NCBI GenBank assembly: GCA_964057225.1 | Contig: OZ059896.1 | Coordinates: forward strand, 3,720,001 to 3,784,000 | Source of the DNA: Auanema rhodensis | Taxonomy: Eukaryota > Animalia > Nematoda | Reading direction: 5' to 3' | DNA length: 64,000 nt | In this document: piece after piece, positions 1-12,366 of the stretch | Layout: the number at the start of each line of letters is the position of its first letter | Position numbering within the stretch: the stretch's first letter is position 1 | Program-made: the position numbers and the translations under genes | The notes under the pieces: model-generated | What the model was told of the DNA's origin: nothing | The model's input: the letters and a program-made list of their open reading frames with translations, nothing else | Databases searched by the model: none

Positions 1-89
1 GGTTACCATGCACCAATATCAATAAAAATTTGTTTTTAGACTAATTTGGACATGGGGAATCTAATTTTGAAAACCGCATCTCTTTATCT

Positions 90-129
90 TTCACGTGAAG
101 CGAGTTACATACCAAGTGCACATCACGTG
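90..129. promoter_or_regulatory. Two CACGTG E-box motifs per monomer (shown for monomer 1); function unproven
   Basis: TTCACGTGAA at 90-99 and ATCACGTG at 122-129. A third near-site, TTCACGTA, is at 155-162. These are present in most monomers. Confidence 0.3.
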
Positions 130-3100
130 TACATTTAATTAGCATAAATTAAAGTTCACGTAAATTTCAAAGTCATGGTTACCATGCACCAATATCAATA
201 AAAATTTGTTTTTAGACTAATTTGGACATGGGGAATCTAATTTTGAAAACCGCATCTCTTTATCTTTCAAGTGAAGCGAGTTACATACCAAGTGCACATC
301 ACGTGTACATTTAATTAGCATAAATTAAAGTTCACGTAAATTTCAAAGTCATGGTTACCATGCACCAATATCAATAAAAATTTGTTTTTAGACTAATATG
401 GACACGGGGAATCTAATTTTGAAAATCGCATCTCTTTATCTTTCACGTGAAGCGAGTTACATACCAAGTGCACATCACGTGTACATTTAATTAGCATAAA
501 TTAAAGTTCACGTAAATTTCAAAGTCATGGTTACCATGAACCAAAATCAATAAAAATTTGTTTTTAGACTAATATGGACATGGGGAATCTAATTTCGAAA
601 ACCGCATCTCTTTATCTTTCACGTGAAGCGAGTTACATACCAAGTGCACATCACGTGTACATTTAATTAGCATAAATTAAAGTTCACGTAAATTTCAAAG
701 TCATGGTTACCATGAACCAATATCAATAAAAATTTGTTTTTAGACTAATTTGGACATGGGGAATCTAATTTTGAAAACCGCATCTCTTTATCTTTCAAGT
801 GAAGCGAGTTACATACCAAGTGCACATCACGTGTACATTTAATTAGCATAAATTAAAGTTCACGTAAATTTCAAAGTCATGGTTACCATGAACCAATATC
901 AATAAAAATTTGTTTTTAAACTAATATGGACATGGGGAATCTAATTTTGAAAACCGCATCTCTTTATCTTTCACGTGAAGCGAGTTACATACCAAGTGCA
1001 CATCACGTGTACATTTAATTAGCATAAATTAAAGTTCACGTAAATTTCAAAGTCATGGTTACCATGCACCAATATCAATAAAAATTTGTTTTTAGACTAA
1101 TTTGGACATGGGGAATCTAATTTTGAAAACCGCATCTCTTTATCTTTCAAGTGAAGCGAGTTACATACCAAGTGCACATCACGTGTACATTTAATTAGCA
1201 TAAATTAAAGTTCACGTAAATTTCAAAGTCATGGTTACCATGCACCAATATCAATAAAAATTTGTTTTTAGACTAATATGGACATGGGGAATCTAATTTC
1301 GAAAATCGCATCTCTTTATCTTTCACGTGAAGCGAGTTACATACCAAGTGCACATCACGTGTACATTTAATTAGCATAAATTAAAGTTCACGTAAATTTC
1401 AAAGTCATGGTTACCATGAACCAATATCAATAAAAATTTGTTTTTAAACTAATATGGACATCGGGAATCTAATTTTGGAAACCGCATTTCTTTATCTCTC
1501 ACGTGAAGCGAGTTACATACCAAGTGCACATCACGTGTACACTTAATTAGCATAAATTAAAGTTCACGTAAATTTCAAAGTCATGGTTACCATGCACCAA
1601 TATCAATACAAATTTGTTTTTAGACTAATTTGGACATGGGGAATCTAATTTTGAAAACCGCATCTCTTTATCTTTCAAGTGAAGCGAGTTACATACCAAG
1701 TGCACATCAGGTGTACATTTAATTAGCATAAATTAAAGTTCACGTAAATTTCAAAGTCATGGTTACCATGAACCAATATCAATAAAAATTTGTTTTTAAA
1801 CTAATATGGACATGGGGAATCTAATTTTGAAAACCGCATCTCTTTATCTTTCACGTGAAGCGAGTTACATACCTAGTGCACATCACGTGTACATTTAATT
1901 AGCATAAATTAAAGTTCACGTAAATTTCAAAGTCATGGTTACCATGAACCAATATCAATAAAAATTTGTTTTTAAACTAATATGGACATGGGGAATCTAA
2001 TTTTGAAAACCGCATCTCTTTATCTTTCACGTGAAGCGAGTTACATACCAAGTGCACATCACGTGTACATTTAATTAGCATAAATTAAAGTTCACGTAAA
2101 TTTCAAAGTCATGGTTACCATGCACCAATATCAATACAAATTTGTTTTTAGACTAATTTGGACATGGGGAATCTAATTTTGAAAACCGCATCTCTTTATC
2201 TTTCAAGTGAAGCGAGTTACATACCAAGTGCACATCAGGTGTACATTTAATTAGCATAAATTAAAGTTCACGTAAATTTCAAAGTCATGGTTACCATGAA
2301 CCAATATCAATAAAAATTTGTTTTTAAACTAATATGGACATGGGGAATCTAATTTTGAAAACCGCATCTCTTTATCTTTCACGTGAAGCGAGTTACATAC
2401 CTAGTGCACATCACGTGTACATTTAATTAGCATAAATTAAAGTTCACGTAAATTTCAAAGTCATGGTTACCATGAACCAATATCAATAAAAATTTGTTTT
2501 TAAACTAATATGGACATCGGGAATCTAATTTTGGAAACCGCATTTCTTTATCTCTCACGTGAAGCGAGTTACATACCAAGTGCACATCACGTGTACACTT
2601 AATTAGCATAAATTAAAGTTCACGTAAATTTCAAAGTCATGGTTACCATGAACCAATATCAATAAAAATTTGTTTTTAGACTAATATGGACATGGGGAAT
2701 CTAATTTTGAAAACCGCATCTCTTCATCTTTCACGTGAAGCGAGTTACATACCAAGTGCACATCACGTGTACATTTAATTAGCATAAATTAAAGTTCACG
2801 TAAATTTCAAAGTCATGGTTACCATGAACCAATATCAATAAAAATTTGTTGTTAGACTAATATGGACATGGGGAATCTAATTTTGAAAACCGCATCTCTT
2901 TATCTTTCACGTGAAGCGAGTTACATACCAAGTGCACATCACGTGTACATTTAATCAGCATAAATTAAAGTTCACGTAAATTTCAAAGTCATGGTTACCA
3001 TGAACCAATATCAATAAAAATTTGTTTTTAAACTAATATGGACATGGGGAATCTAATTTTGAAAACCGCATCTCTTTATCTTTCACGTGAAGCGAGTTAC

Positions 3101-5262
3101 ATACCTAGTGCACATCACGTGTACATTTAATTAGCATAAATTAAAGTTCACGTAAATTTCAAAGTCATGGTTACCATGAACCAATATCAATAAAAATTTG
3201 TTTTTAGACTAATATGGACATCGGGAATCTAATTTTGGAAACCGCATTTCTTTATCTCTCACGTGAAGCGAGTTACATACCAAGTGCACATCACGTGTAC
3301 ATTTAATTAGCATAAATTAAAGTTCACGTAAATTTCAAAGTCATGGTTACCATGAACCAATATCAATAAAAATTTGTTTTTAAACTAATATGGACATGGG
3401 GAATCTAATTTTGAAAACCGCATCTCTTTATCTTTCACGTGAAGCGAGTTACATACCAAGTGCACATCACGTGTACACTTAATTAGCATAAATTAAAGTT
3501 CACGTAAATTTCAAAGTCATGGTTACCATGAACCAATATCAATAAAAATTTGTTTTTAGACTAATATGGACATGGGGAATCTAATTTTGAAAACCGCATC
3601 TCTTCATCTTTCACGTGAAGCGAGTTACATACCAAGTGCACATCACGTGTACATTTAATTAGCATAAATTAAAGTTCACGTAAATTTCAAAGTCATGGTT
3701 ACCATGAACCAATATCAATAAAAATTTGTTGTTAGACTAATATGGACATGGGGAATCTAATTTTGAAAACCGCATCTCTTTATCTTTCACGTGAAGCGAG
3801 TTACATACCAAGTGCACATCACGTGTACATTTAATCAGCATAAATTAAAGTTCACGTAAATTTCAAAGTCATGGTTACCATTAACAAATATCAATAAAAA
3901 TTTGTTTTTAGACTAATATGGACATGGGGAATCTAATTTCGGAAACCGCATCTATTTACCTTTCACGTGAAGCGAGTTACATACCAAGTGCACATCACGT
4001 GTACATTTAATTAGCATAAATTAAAGTTCACGTAAATTTCAAAGTCATGGTTACAATGCACCAATATCAATAAAAATTTGTTTTTAGACTAATATGGACA
4101 TGGGGAATCTAATTTTGAAAACCGCATTTCTTTATCTCTCACGTGAAGCGAGTTACATACCAAGTGCACATCACGTGTACATTTAATTAGCATAAATTAA
4201 AGTTCACGTAAATTTCAAAGTCATGGTTACCATGAACCAATAACAATAAAAATTTGTTTTTAGACTAATATGGACATGGGGAATCTAATTTTGAAAACCG
4301 CATCTCTTTATCTTTCACGTGAAGCGAGTTACATACCAAGTGCACATCACGTGTACATTTAATTAGCATAAATTAAAGTTCACGTAAATTTCAAAGTCAT
4401 GGTTACCATTAACCAATATCAATAAAAATTTGTTTTTAGACTAATATGGACATGAGGAATCTAATTTTGAAAACCGCATCTCTTCATCTTTCACGTGAAG
4501 CGAGTTACATACCAAGTGCACATCACGTGTACATTTAATTAGCATAAATTAAAGTTCACGTAAATTTCAAAGTCATGGTTACAATGCACCAATATCAATA
4601 AAAATTTGTTTTTAGACTAATATGGACATGGGGAATCTAATTTTGAAAACCGCATTTCTTTATCTCTCACGTGAAGCGAGTTACATACCAAGTGCACATC
4701 ACGTGTACATTTAATTAGCATAAATTAAAGTTCACGTAAATTTCAAAGTCATGGTTACCATGAACCAATAACAATAAAAATTTGTTTTTAGACTAATATG
4801 GACATGGGGAATCTAATTTTGAAAACCGCATCTCTTTATCTTTCACGTGAAGCGAGTTACATACCAAGTGCACATCACGTGTACATTTAATTAGCATAAA
4901 TTAAAGTTCACGTAAATTTCAAAGTCATGGTTACCATTAACCAATATCAATAAAAATTTGTTTTTAGACTAATATGGACATGAGGAATCTAATTTTGAAA
5001 ACCGCATCTCTTCATCTTTCACGTGAAGCGAGTTACATACCAAGTGCACATCACGTGTACATTTAATTAGCATAAATTAAAGTTCACGTAAATTTCAAAG
5101 TCATGGTTACCATGAACCTATATCAATAAAAATTTGTTTTTAGACTAATATGGACATGGGGAATCTAATTTTGAAAACCGCATCTCTTTATCTCTCACGT
5201 GAAGCGAGTTACATACCAAGTGCACATCACGTGTACATTTAATTAGCATAAATTAAAGTTCA

Positions 5263-5344
5263 CGTAAATTTCAAACTCATGGTTACCATGAACCAATATC
5301 AATCGTAAATTTCAAAGTCATGGTTACCATGAACCAATATCAAT
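5263..5344 (+). repeat. 41-bp internal tandem duplication (equivalently a monomer missing 135 bp)
   Basis: CGTAAATTTCAAA(C/G)TCATGGTTACCATGAACCAATATCAAT occurs twice (5263-5303 and 5304-5344), with the novel junction ATCAAT|CGTAAA. Confidence 0.95.
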
Positions 5345-8300
5345 AAAAATTTGTTTTTAGACTAATTTGGACATGGGGAATCTAATTTCGAAAACCGCAT
5401 CTATTTATCTTTCACGTGAAGCGAGTTACATACCAAGTGCACATCACGTGTACATTTAATTAGCATAAATTAAAGTTCACGTAAATTTCAAAGTCATGGT
5501 TACCATGAACCAATATCAATAAAAATTTGTTTTTAGACTAATTTGGACATAGGGAATCTAATTTTGAAAACCGCATCTATTTATCTTTCACGTGAAGCGA
5601 GTTACATACCAAGTGCACATCACGTGTACATTTAATTAGCATAAATTAAAGTTCACGTAAATTTCAAAGTCATGGTTACCATGAACCAATATCAATAAAA
5701 ATTTGTTTTTAGACTAATATGGACATGGGGAATCTAATTTTGGAAACCGCATCTCTTTATCTTTCACGTGAAGCGAGTTACATACCAAGTGCACATCACG
5801 TGTACATTTAATTAGCATAAATTAAAGTTCACGTAAATTTCAAAGTCATGGTTACCATGAACCAATATCAATAAAAATTTGTTTTTAGACTAATATGGAC
5901 ATGGGGAATCTAATTTCGAAAACCGCATCTATTCATCTTTCACGTGAAGCGAGTTACATACCAAGTGCACATCACGTGTACATTTAATTAGCATAAATTA
6001 AAGTTCACGTAAATTTCAAAGTCATGGTTACCATGAACCAATATCAATAAAAATTTGTTTTTAGACTAATATGGACATGGGGAATCTAATTTTGAAAACC
6101 GCATCTCTTTATCTTTCACGTGAAGCGAGTTACATACCAAGTGCACATCACGTGTACATTTAATTAGCATAAATTAAAGTTCACGTAAATTTCAAAGTCA
6201 TGGTTACCATGAACCAATATCAATAAAAATTTGTTTTTAGACTAATATGGACATGAGGAATCTAATTTTGAAAACCGCATCTCTTTATCTTTCACGTGAA
6301 GCGAGTTACATACCAAGTGCACATCACGTGTACATTTAATTAGCATAAATTAAAGTTCACGTAAATTTCAAAGTCATGGTTACCATGAACCAATATCAAT
6401 AAAAATTTGTTTTTAGACTAATATGGACATGGGGAATCTAATTTTGAAAACCGCATCTCTTTATCTTTCACGTGAAGCGAGTTACATACCAAGTGCACAT
6501 CACGTGTACATTTAATTAGCATAAATTAAAGTTCACGTAAATTTCAAAGTCATGGTTACCATGAACCAATATCAATAAAAATTTGTTTTTAGACTAATAT
6601 GGACATGGGGAATCTAATTTTGAAAACCGCATCTCTTTATCTTTCACGTGAAGCGAGTTACATACCAAGTGCACATCACGTGTACATTTAATTAGCATAA
6701 ATTAAAGTTCACGTAAATTTCAAAGTCATGGTTACCATGAACCAATATCAATAAAAATTTGTTGTTAGACTAATATGGACATGGGGAATCTAATTTTGAA
6801 AACCACATCTCTTTATCTTTCACGTGAAGCGAGTTACATACCAAGTGCACATCACGTGTACATTTAATTAGCATAAATTAAAGTTCACGTAAATTTCAAA
6901 GTCATGGTTACCATGAACCAATATCAATAAAAATTTGTTTTTAGACTAATATGGACATGGGGAATCTAATTTTGAAAACCGCATCTCTTTATCTTTCACG
7001 TGAAGCGAGTTACATACCAAGTGCACATCACGTGTACATTTAATTAGCATAAATTAAAGTTCACGTAAATTTCAAAGTCATGGTTACCATGAACCAATAT
7101 CAATAAAAATTTGGTTTTAGACTAATATGGACATGGGGAATCTAATTTTGAAAACCGCATCTCTTTATCTTACACGTGAAGCGAGTTACATACCAAGTGC
7201 ACATCACGTGTACATTTAATTAGCATAAATTAAAGTTCACGTAAATTTCAAAGTCATGGTTACCATGAACCAATATCAATAAAAATTTGTTTTTAGACTA
7301 ATATGGACATGAGGAATCTAATTTTGAAAACCGCATCTCTTCATCTTTCACGTGAAGCGAGTTACATACCAAGTGCACATCACGTGTACATTTAATTAGC
7401 ATAAATTAAAGTTCACGTAAATTTCAAAGTCATGGTTACCATGAACCAATATCAATAAAAATTTGTTTTTAGACTAATATGGACATGGGTAATCTAATTT
7501 TGAAAACCGCATCTCTTTATCTTTCACGTGAAGCGAGTTACATACCAAGTGCACATCACGTGTACATTTAATTAGCATAAATTAAAGTTCACGTAAATTT
7601 CAAAGTCATGGTTACCATGAACCAATATCAATAAAAATTTGTTGTTAGACTAATATGGACATGGGGAATCTAATTGTGAAAACCGCATCTCTTTATCTTT
7701 CACGTGAAGCGAGTTACATACCAAGTGCACATCACGTGTACATTTAATTAGCATAAATTAAAGTTCACGTAAATTTCAAAGTCATGGTTACCATGAACCA
7801 ATATCAATAAAAATTTGTTTTTAGACTAATATGGACATGGGGAATCTAATTTTGAAAACCGCATCTCTTTATCTTTCACGTGAAACGAGTTACATACCAA
7901 GTGCCCATCACGTGTACATTAAATTAGCATAAATTAAAGTTCACGTAAATTTCAAAGTCATGGTTACCATGAACCAATATCAATAAAAATTTGTTTTTAG
8001 ACTAATTTGGACATGGGGAATCTAATTTTGAAAACCGCATCTATTTATCTTTCACGTGAAGCGAGTTACATACCAAGTGCACATCACGTGTACATTTAAT
8101 TAGCATAAATTAAAGTTCACGTAAATTTCAAAGTCATGGTTACCATGAACCAATATCAATAAAAATTTGTTTTTAGACTAATATGGACATGGGGAATCTA
8201 ATTTTGAAAACCGCATCTCTTCATCTTTCACGTGAAGCGAGTTACATACCAAGTGCACATCACGTGTACATTTAATTAGCAAAAATTAAAGTTAACGTAA

Positions 8301-11273
8301 ATTTCAAAGTCATGGTTACCATGAACCAATATCAATAAAAATTTGTTTTTAGACTAATATGGACATGGGGAATCTAATTTTGAAAACCGCATCTCTTCAT
8401 CTTTCACGTGAAGCGAGTTACATACCAAGTGCACATCACGTGTACATTTAATTAGCATAAATTAAAGTTCACGTAAATTTCAAAGTCATGGTTACCATGA
8501 ACCAATATCAATAAAAATTTGTTTTTAGACTAATATGGACATGGGTAATCTAATTTTGAAAACCGCATCTCTTTATCTTTCACGTGAAGCGAGTTACATA
8601 CCAAGTGCACATCACGTGTACATTTAATTAGCATAAATTAAAGTTCACGTAAATTTCAAAGTCATGGTTACCATGAACCAATATCAATAAAAATTTGTTT
8701 TTAGACTAATTTGGACATGGGGAATCTAATTTTGAAAACCGCATCTATTTATCTTTCACGTGAAGCGAGTTACATACCAAGTGCACATCACGTGTACATT
8801 TAATTAGCATAAATTAAAGTTCACGTAAATTTCAAAGTCATGGTTACCATGAACCAATATCAATAAAAATTTGTTTTTAGACTAATATGGACATGGGGAA
8901 TCTAATTTTGAAAACCGCATCTCTTCATCTTTCACGTGAAGCGAGTTACATACCAAGTGCACATCACGTGTACATTTAATTAGCAAAAATTAAAGTTAAC
9001 GTAAATTTCAAAGTCATGGTTACCATGAACCAATATCAATAAAAATTGGTTTTTAGACTAATATGGACATGGGGAATCTAATTTTGAAAACCGCATCTCT
9101 TTATCTTTCACGTGAAGCGAGTTACATACCAAGTGCACATCACGTGTACATTTAATTAGCATAAATTAAAGTTCACGTAAATTTCAAAGTCATGGTTACC
9201 ATGCACCAATATTAATAAAAATTTGTTTTTAGATTAATATGGACATGGGGAATCTAATTTTGAAAACCGCATCTCTTTATCTTTCACGTGAAGCGAGTTA
9301 CATACCAAGTGCACATCACGTGTACATTTAATTAGCATAAATTAAAGTTCACGTAAATTTCAAAGTCATGGTTACCATGAACCAATATCAATAAAAATTT
9401 GTTTTTAGACTAATATGGACATGGGGAATCTAATTTTGAAAATCGCATCTCTTTATCTTTCACGTGAAGCGAGTTACATATAAAGTGCACATCACGTGTA
9501 CATTTAATTAGCATAAATTAAAGTTCACGTAAATTTCAAAGTCATGGTTACCATGCACCAATATTAATAAAAATTTGTTTTTAGATTAATATGGACATGG
9601 GGAATCTAATTTTGAAAACCGCATCTCTTTATCTTTCACGTGAAGCGAGTTACATACCAAGTGCACATCACGTGTACATTTAATTAGCATAAATTAAAGT
9701 TCACGTAAATTTCAAAGTCATGGTTACCATGCACCAATATCAATAAAAATTCGTTTTTAGACTAATTTGGACATGGGGAATCTAATTTTGAAAACCGCAT
9801 CTCTTTATCTTTCACGTGAAGCGAGTTACATACCGAGTGCACATCACGTGTACATTTAATTAGCATAAATTAAAGTTCACGTAAATTTCAAAGTCATGGT
9901 TACCATGAACCAATATCAATAAAAATTTGTTTTTAGACTAATATGGACATGGGGAATCTAATTTTGGAAACCGCATCTCTTTATTTTTCACGTGAAGCGA
10001 GTTACATACCAAGTGCACATCACGTGTACATTTAAATAGCATAAATTAAAGTTCACGTAAATTTCAAAGTCATGGTTACCATGCACCAATATCAATAAAA
10101 ATTTGTTTTTAGACTAATATGGACATGGGGAATCTAATTTTGAAAATTGCATCTCTTTATCTTTCACGTGAAGCGAGTTACATACCAAGTGCACATCACG
10201 TGTACATTTAATTAGCATAAATTAAAGTTCACGTAAATTTCAAAGTCATGGTTACCATGAACCAATATCAATAAAAATTTGTTTTTAGACTAATATGGAC
10301 ATGGGGAATCTAATTTTGAAAATCGCATCTCTTTATCTTTCACGTGAAGGGAGTTACATATAAAGTGCACATCACGTGTACATTTAATTAGCATAAATTA
10401 AAGTTCACGTAAATTTCAAAGTCATGGTTACCATGCACCAATATTAATAAAAATATGTTTTTAGATTAATATGGACATGGGGAATCTAATTTTGAAAACC
10501 GCATCTCTTTATCTTTCACGTGAAGCGAGTTACATACCAAGTGCACATCACGTGTACACTTAATTAGCATAAATTAAAGTTCACGTAAATTTCAAAGTCA
10601 TGGTTACCATGCACCAATATCAATAAAAATTGGTTTTTAGACTAATATGGACATGGGGAATCTAATTTTGAAAACCGCATCTCTTTATCTTTCACGTGAA
10701 GCGAGTTAAATATCAAGTGCACATCACGTGTACATTTAATTAGCATAAATTAAAGTTCACGTAAATTTCAAAGTCATGGTTACCATGCACCAATATCAAT
10801 AAAAATTTGTTTTTAGACTAATTTGGACATGGGGAATCTAATTTTGAAAACCGCATCTCTTTATCTTTCAAGTGAAGCGAGTTACATACCAAGTGCACAT
10901 CACGTGTACATTTAATTAGCATAAATTAAAGTTCACGTAAATTTCAAAGTCATGGTTACCATGCACCAATATTAATAAAAATTTGTTTTTAGACTAATAT
11001 GGACATGGGGAATCTAATTTTGAAAACCGCATCTCTTTATCTTTCACGTGAAGCGAGTTACATATAAAGTGCACATCACGTGTACATTTAATTAGCATAA
11101 ATTAAAGTTCACGTAAATTTCAAAGTCATGGTTACCATGCACCAATATTAATAAAAATTTGTTTTTAGATTAATATGGACATGGGGAATCTAATTTTGAA
11201 AACCGCATCTCTTTATCTTTCACGTGAAGCGAGTTACATACCAAGTGCACATCACGTGTACACTTAATTAGCA

Positions 11274-11280
11274 TAAATTA
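11274..11280 (+). repeat. Target-site duplication, left copy (TAAATTA; monomer positions 145-151)
   Basis: ...GCA-TAAATTA|GTCAAGG. The first T or last A could be microhomology, so the true TSD is 5-7 bp. Confidence 0.85.
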
Positions 11281-11293
11281 GTCAAGGTTTATT
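11281..11293 (-). promoter_or_regulatory. LINE 3' terminus: AATAAA signal followed by a short CCTTGAC tail, no poly(A)
   Basis: The reverse complement of 11281-11300 is AAAGAAC-AATAAA-CCTTGAC, directly abutting the TSD. CR1/L2-group elements typically end in AATAAA plus a short repeat rather than poly(A). Confidence 0.7.
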
Positions 11294-11821
11294 GTTCTTT
11301 ATCACAGGTTATAACAATAGCAGTTTTGAAAGAAGAAAGTGAATAAAAAAAGTTCCTTACAATATGAACATGATTATATAAATTGATTGACATGAAAACA
11401 TTAATTGTATAGAGATAAGAATAATTATTGAATCAATTATGTCAGTTGAAAATATATATTCTAAACAAGTAAATCTATGTGTCATAGTTGTCAACCCATC
11501 CTTGACAAACAAGGGATTTGTTCAGTTCAAAAAATATGACCTGACCTCATTTTTACTTTTACCAGGTGCGGTGGAACTTAGAAAAAAAGTGGAGCCCGTT
11601 CTGGTAATCAGAGGTAACTATCACCAGATTCGTATGGCTAATGCCTATAGAGTCCATGGTGAAGTAACATTGTAGCAAAGGGAACAAGGATGTGGTTGAA
11701 AACAGTAAATGATACATGAAGAACATAGTTTGCATAGATATTTGTAGAAGACATATTGAAATAATAATTAGAGAACAAGATACCATAAGCAGACAAAAAA
11801 CATTAATACTGAATGTGCAAG

Positions 11822-12366
11822 CTAATCGCTAAGGAAAAGTTGAAGATGTTTGCGAAATTTGGGAGCTTTTTCAAGACTCACAATGTTTGATGGTATTGAA
11901 TTCCAGAGTTCTATGGCTCTGTACTCGATACCTCTTCTAGTTTGAGTCTTCTGGACATTTGGAAAATCCACAGTCCATTCGTGCCGCCTTAGTGAGTGTG
12001 TGAATTTTTTGAGCTTAAAAATTTTCAAAGTATTCTCTGAAATTGATTGTTTTATTTGGTTAAAATAAAAAATTAAATCGAAAACTAGTCTTCTGAAAAA
12101 TAACTTTTGCCCCCCTAACAAAGACAGTTGATCTTCATAGCTCATTTTAGATCCTGAGCGCATGAAAACTGCGCGCAGAAACTTTTTTTGAACATATTCA
12201 ATCCGGTCTTTGTCTTTGGAATCTTGTGGGGACCAGATAATAGAAGCATATTCCAATATTGGTCTTATGTAAGTACAGAATAAGTTGTACATAAGAGAAG
12301 GGGATTTAGAGTAGAAACAACGTAAAATTATTTTACATTTTTTTGCTTTTAAATTTTTTTTTATTT
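11822..12366 (-). pseudogene. C-terminal fragment of LINE ORF2 (post-RT thumb/C-terminal region); lacks the endonuclease and RT catalytic core
   Basis: The 156-aa ORF has TYIRPILEYASIIWSP, IEYVQKKF, SYEDQLSLLG...RRLVFDLI, LRRH and RAIELWNSIP...FRKHL. These match the CR1-type pattern YVRPxLEYxxxxWSP / LExVQ / Y..RL..L..RR...DL / R....WN.LP...FK..L. By my translation the frame stays open upstream of the Met to the junction (KIKKNLKAKKCKIILRCFYSKSPSL-MYNLF), so the ATG at 12292 is internal. Confidence 0.9.

Larger units (their letters stand above)
1..11280 (+). repeat. 176-bp tandem satellite array, left arm (~64 monomers)
   Basis: GGTTACCATG recurs at 1, 177, 353 ... 2641 (15x176+1) and 5281 (30x176+1). 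After a 41-bp insertion the phase is 5322+176k up to 11130. Consensus: GGTTACCATGAACCAATATCAATAAAAATTTGTTTTTAGACTAATATGGACATGGGGAATCTAATTTTGAAAACCGCATCTCTTTATCTTTCACGTGAAGCGAGTTACATACCAAGTGCACATCACGTGTACATTTAATTAGCATAAATTAAAGTTCACGTAAATTTCAAAGTCAT (56/176 GC). The array runs to the window edge. Confidence 0.99.
11281..12366 (-). mobile_element. 5'-truncated non-LTR retrotransposon (LINE), CR1 group (CR1/T1-like; L2 or Rex not excluded)
   Basis: Unique 1,086-bp sequence interrupting one monomer at position 151 and flanked by the direct repeat TAAATTA. The satellite phase shifts by exactly 1093 = 1086+7. It carries a minus-strand ORF with LINE ORF2 C-terminal motifs, then a 3' UTR ending AATAAA-CCTTGAC. 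Confidence 0.93.

Noticed and set aside
1-176. Identity with known ~176-178-bp satellites (Brassica CentBr, Arabidopsis CEN178, honeybee AluI)
   Set aside because: Only the length is similar. The consensus has no AAGCTT or AGCT site and I recognise no sequence similarity. A database search is needed to name the family.
590-610. CENP-B box in TTTCGAAAACCGCAT variants
   Set aside because: It matches only TTCG of TTCGnnnnAnnCGGG; the A and the CGGG are absent at the required spacing.
11550-11675. Splice-acceptor-like TTTTTACTTTTACCAG followed by GC-richer sequence (captured exon?)
   Set aside because: Such motifs are common in AT-rich DNA. There is no convincing donor site or recognisable protein.
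11439-11786. Short ORFs 11439-11675 (+) and 11559-11786 (-)
   Set aside because: They overlap each other inside the LINE 3' UTR and have no recognisable motifs, so they are likely chance.
1-12366. Hammerhead ribozyme in the satellite or LINE UTR
   Set aside because: I saw no CTGANGA...GAAA core in a suitable stem context on either strand.
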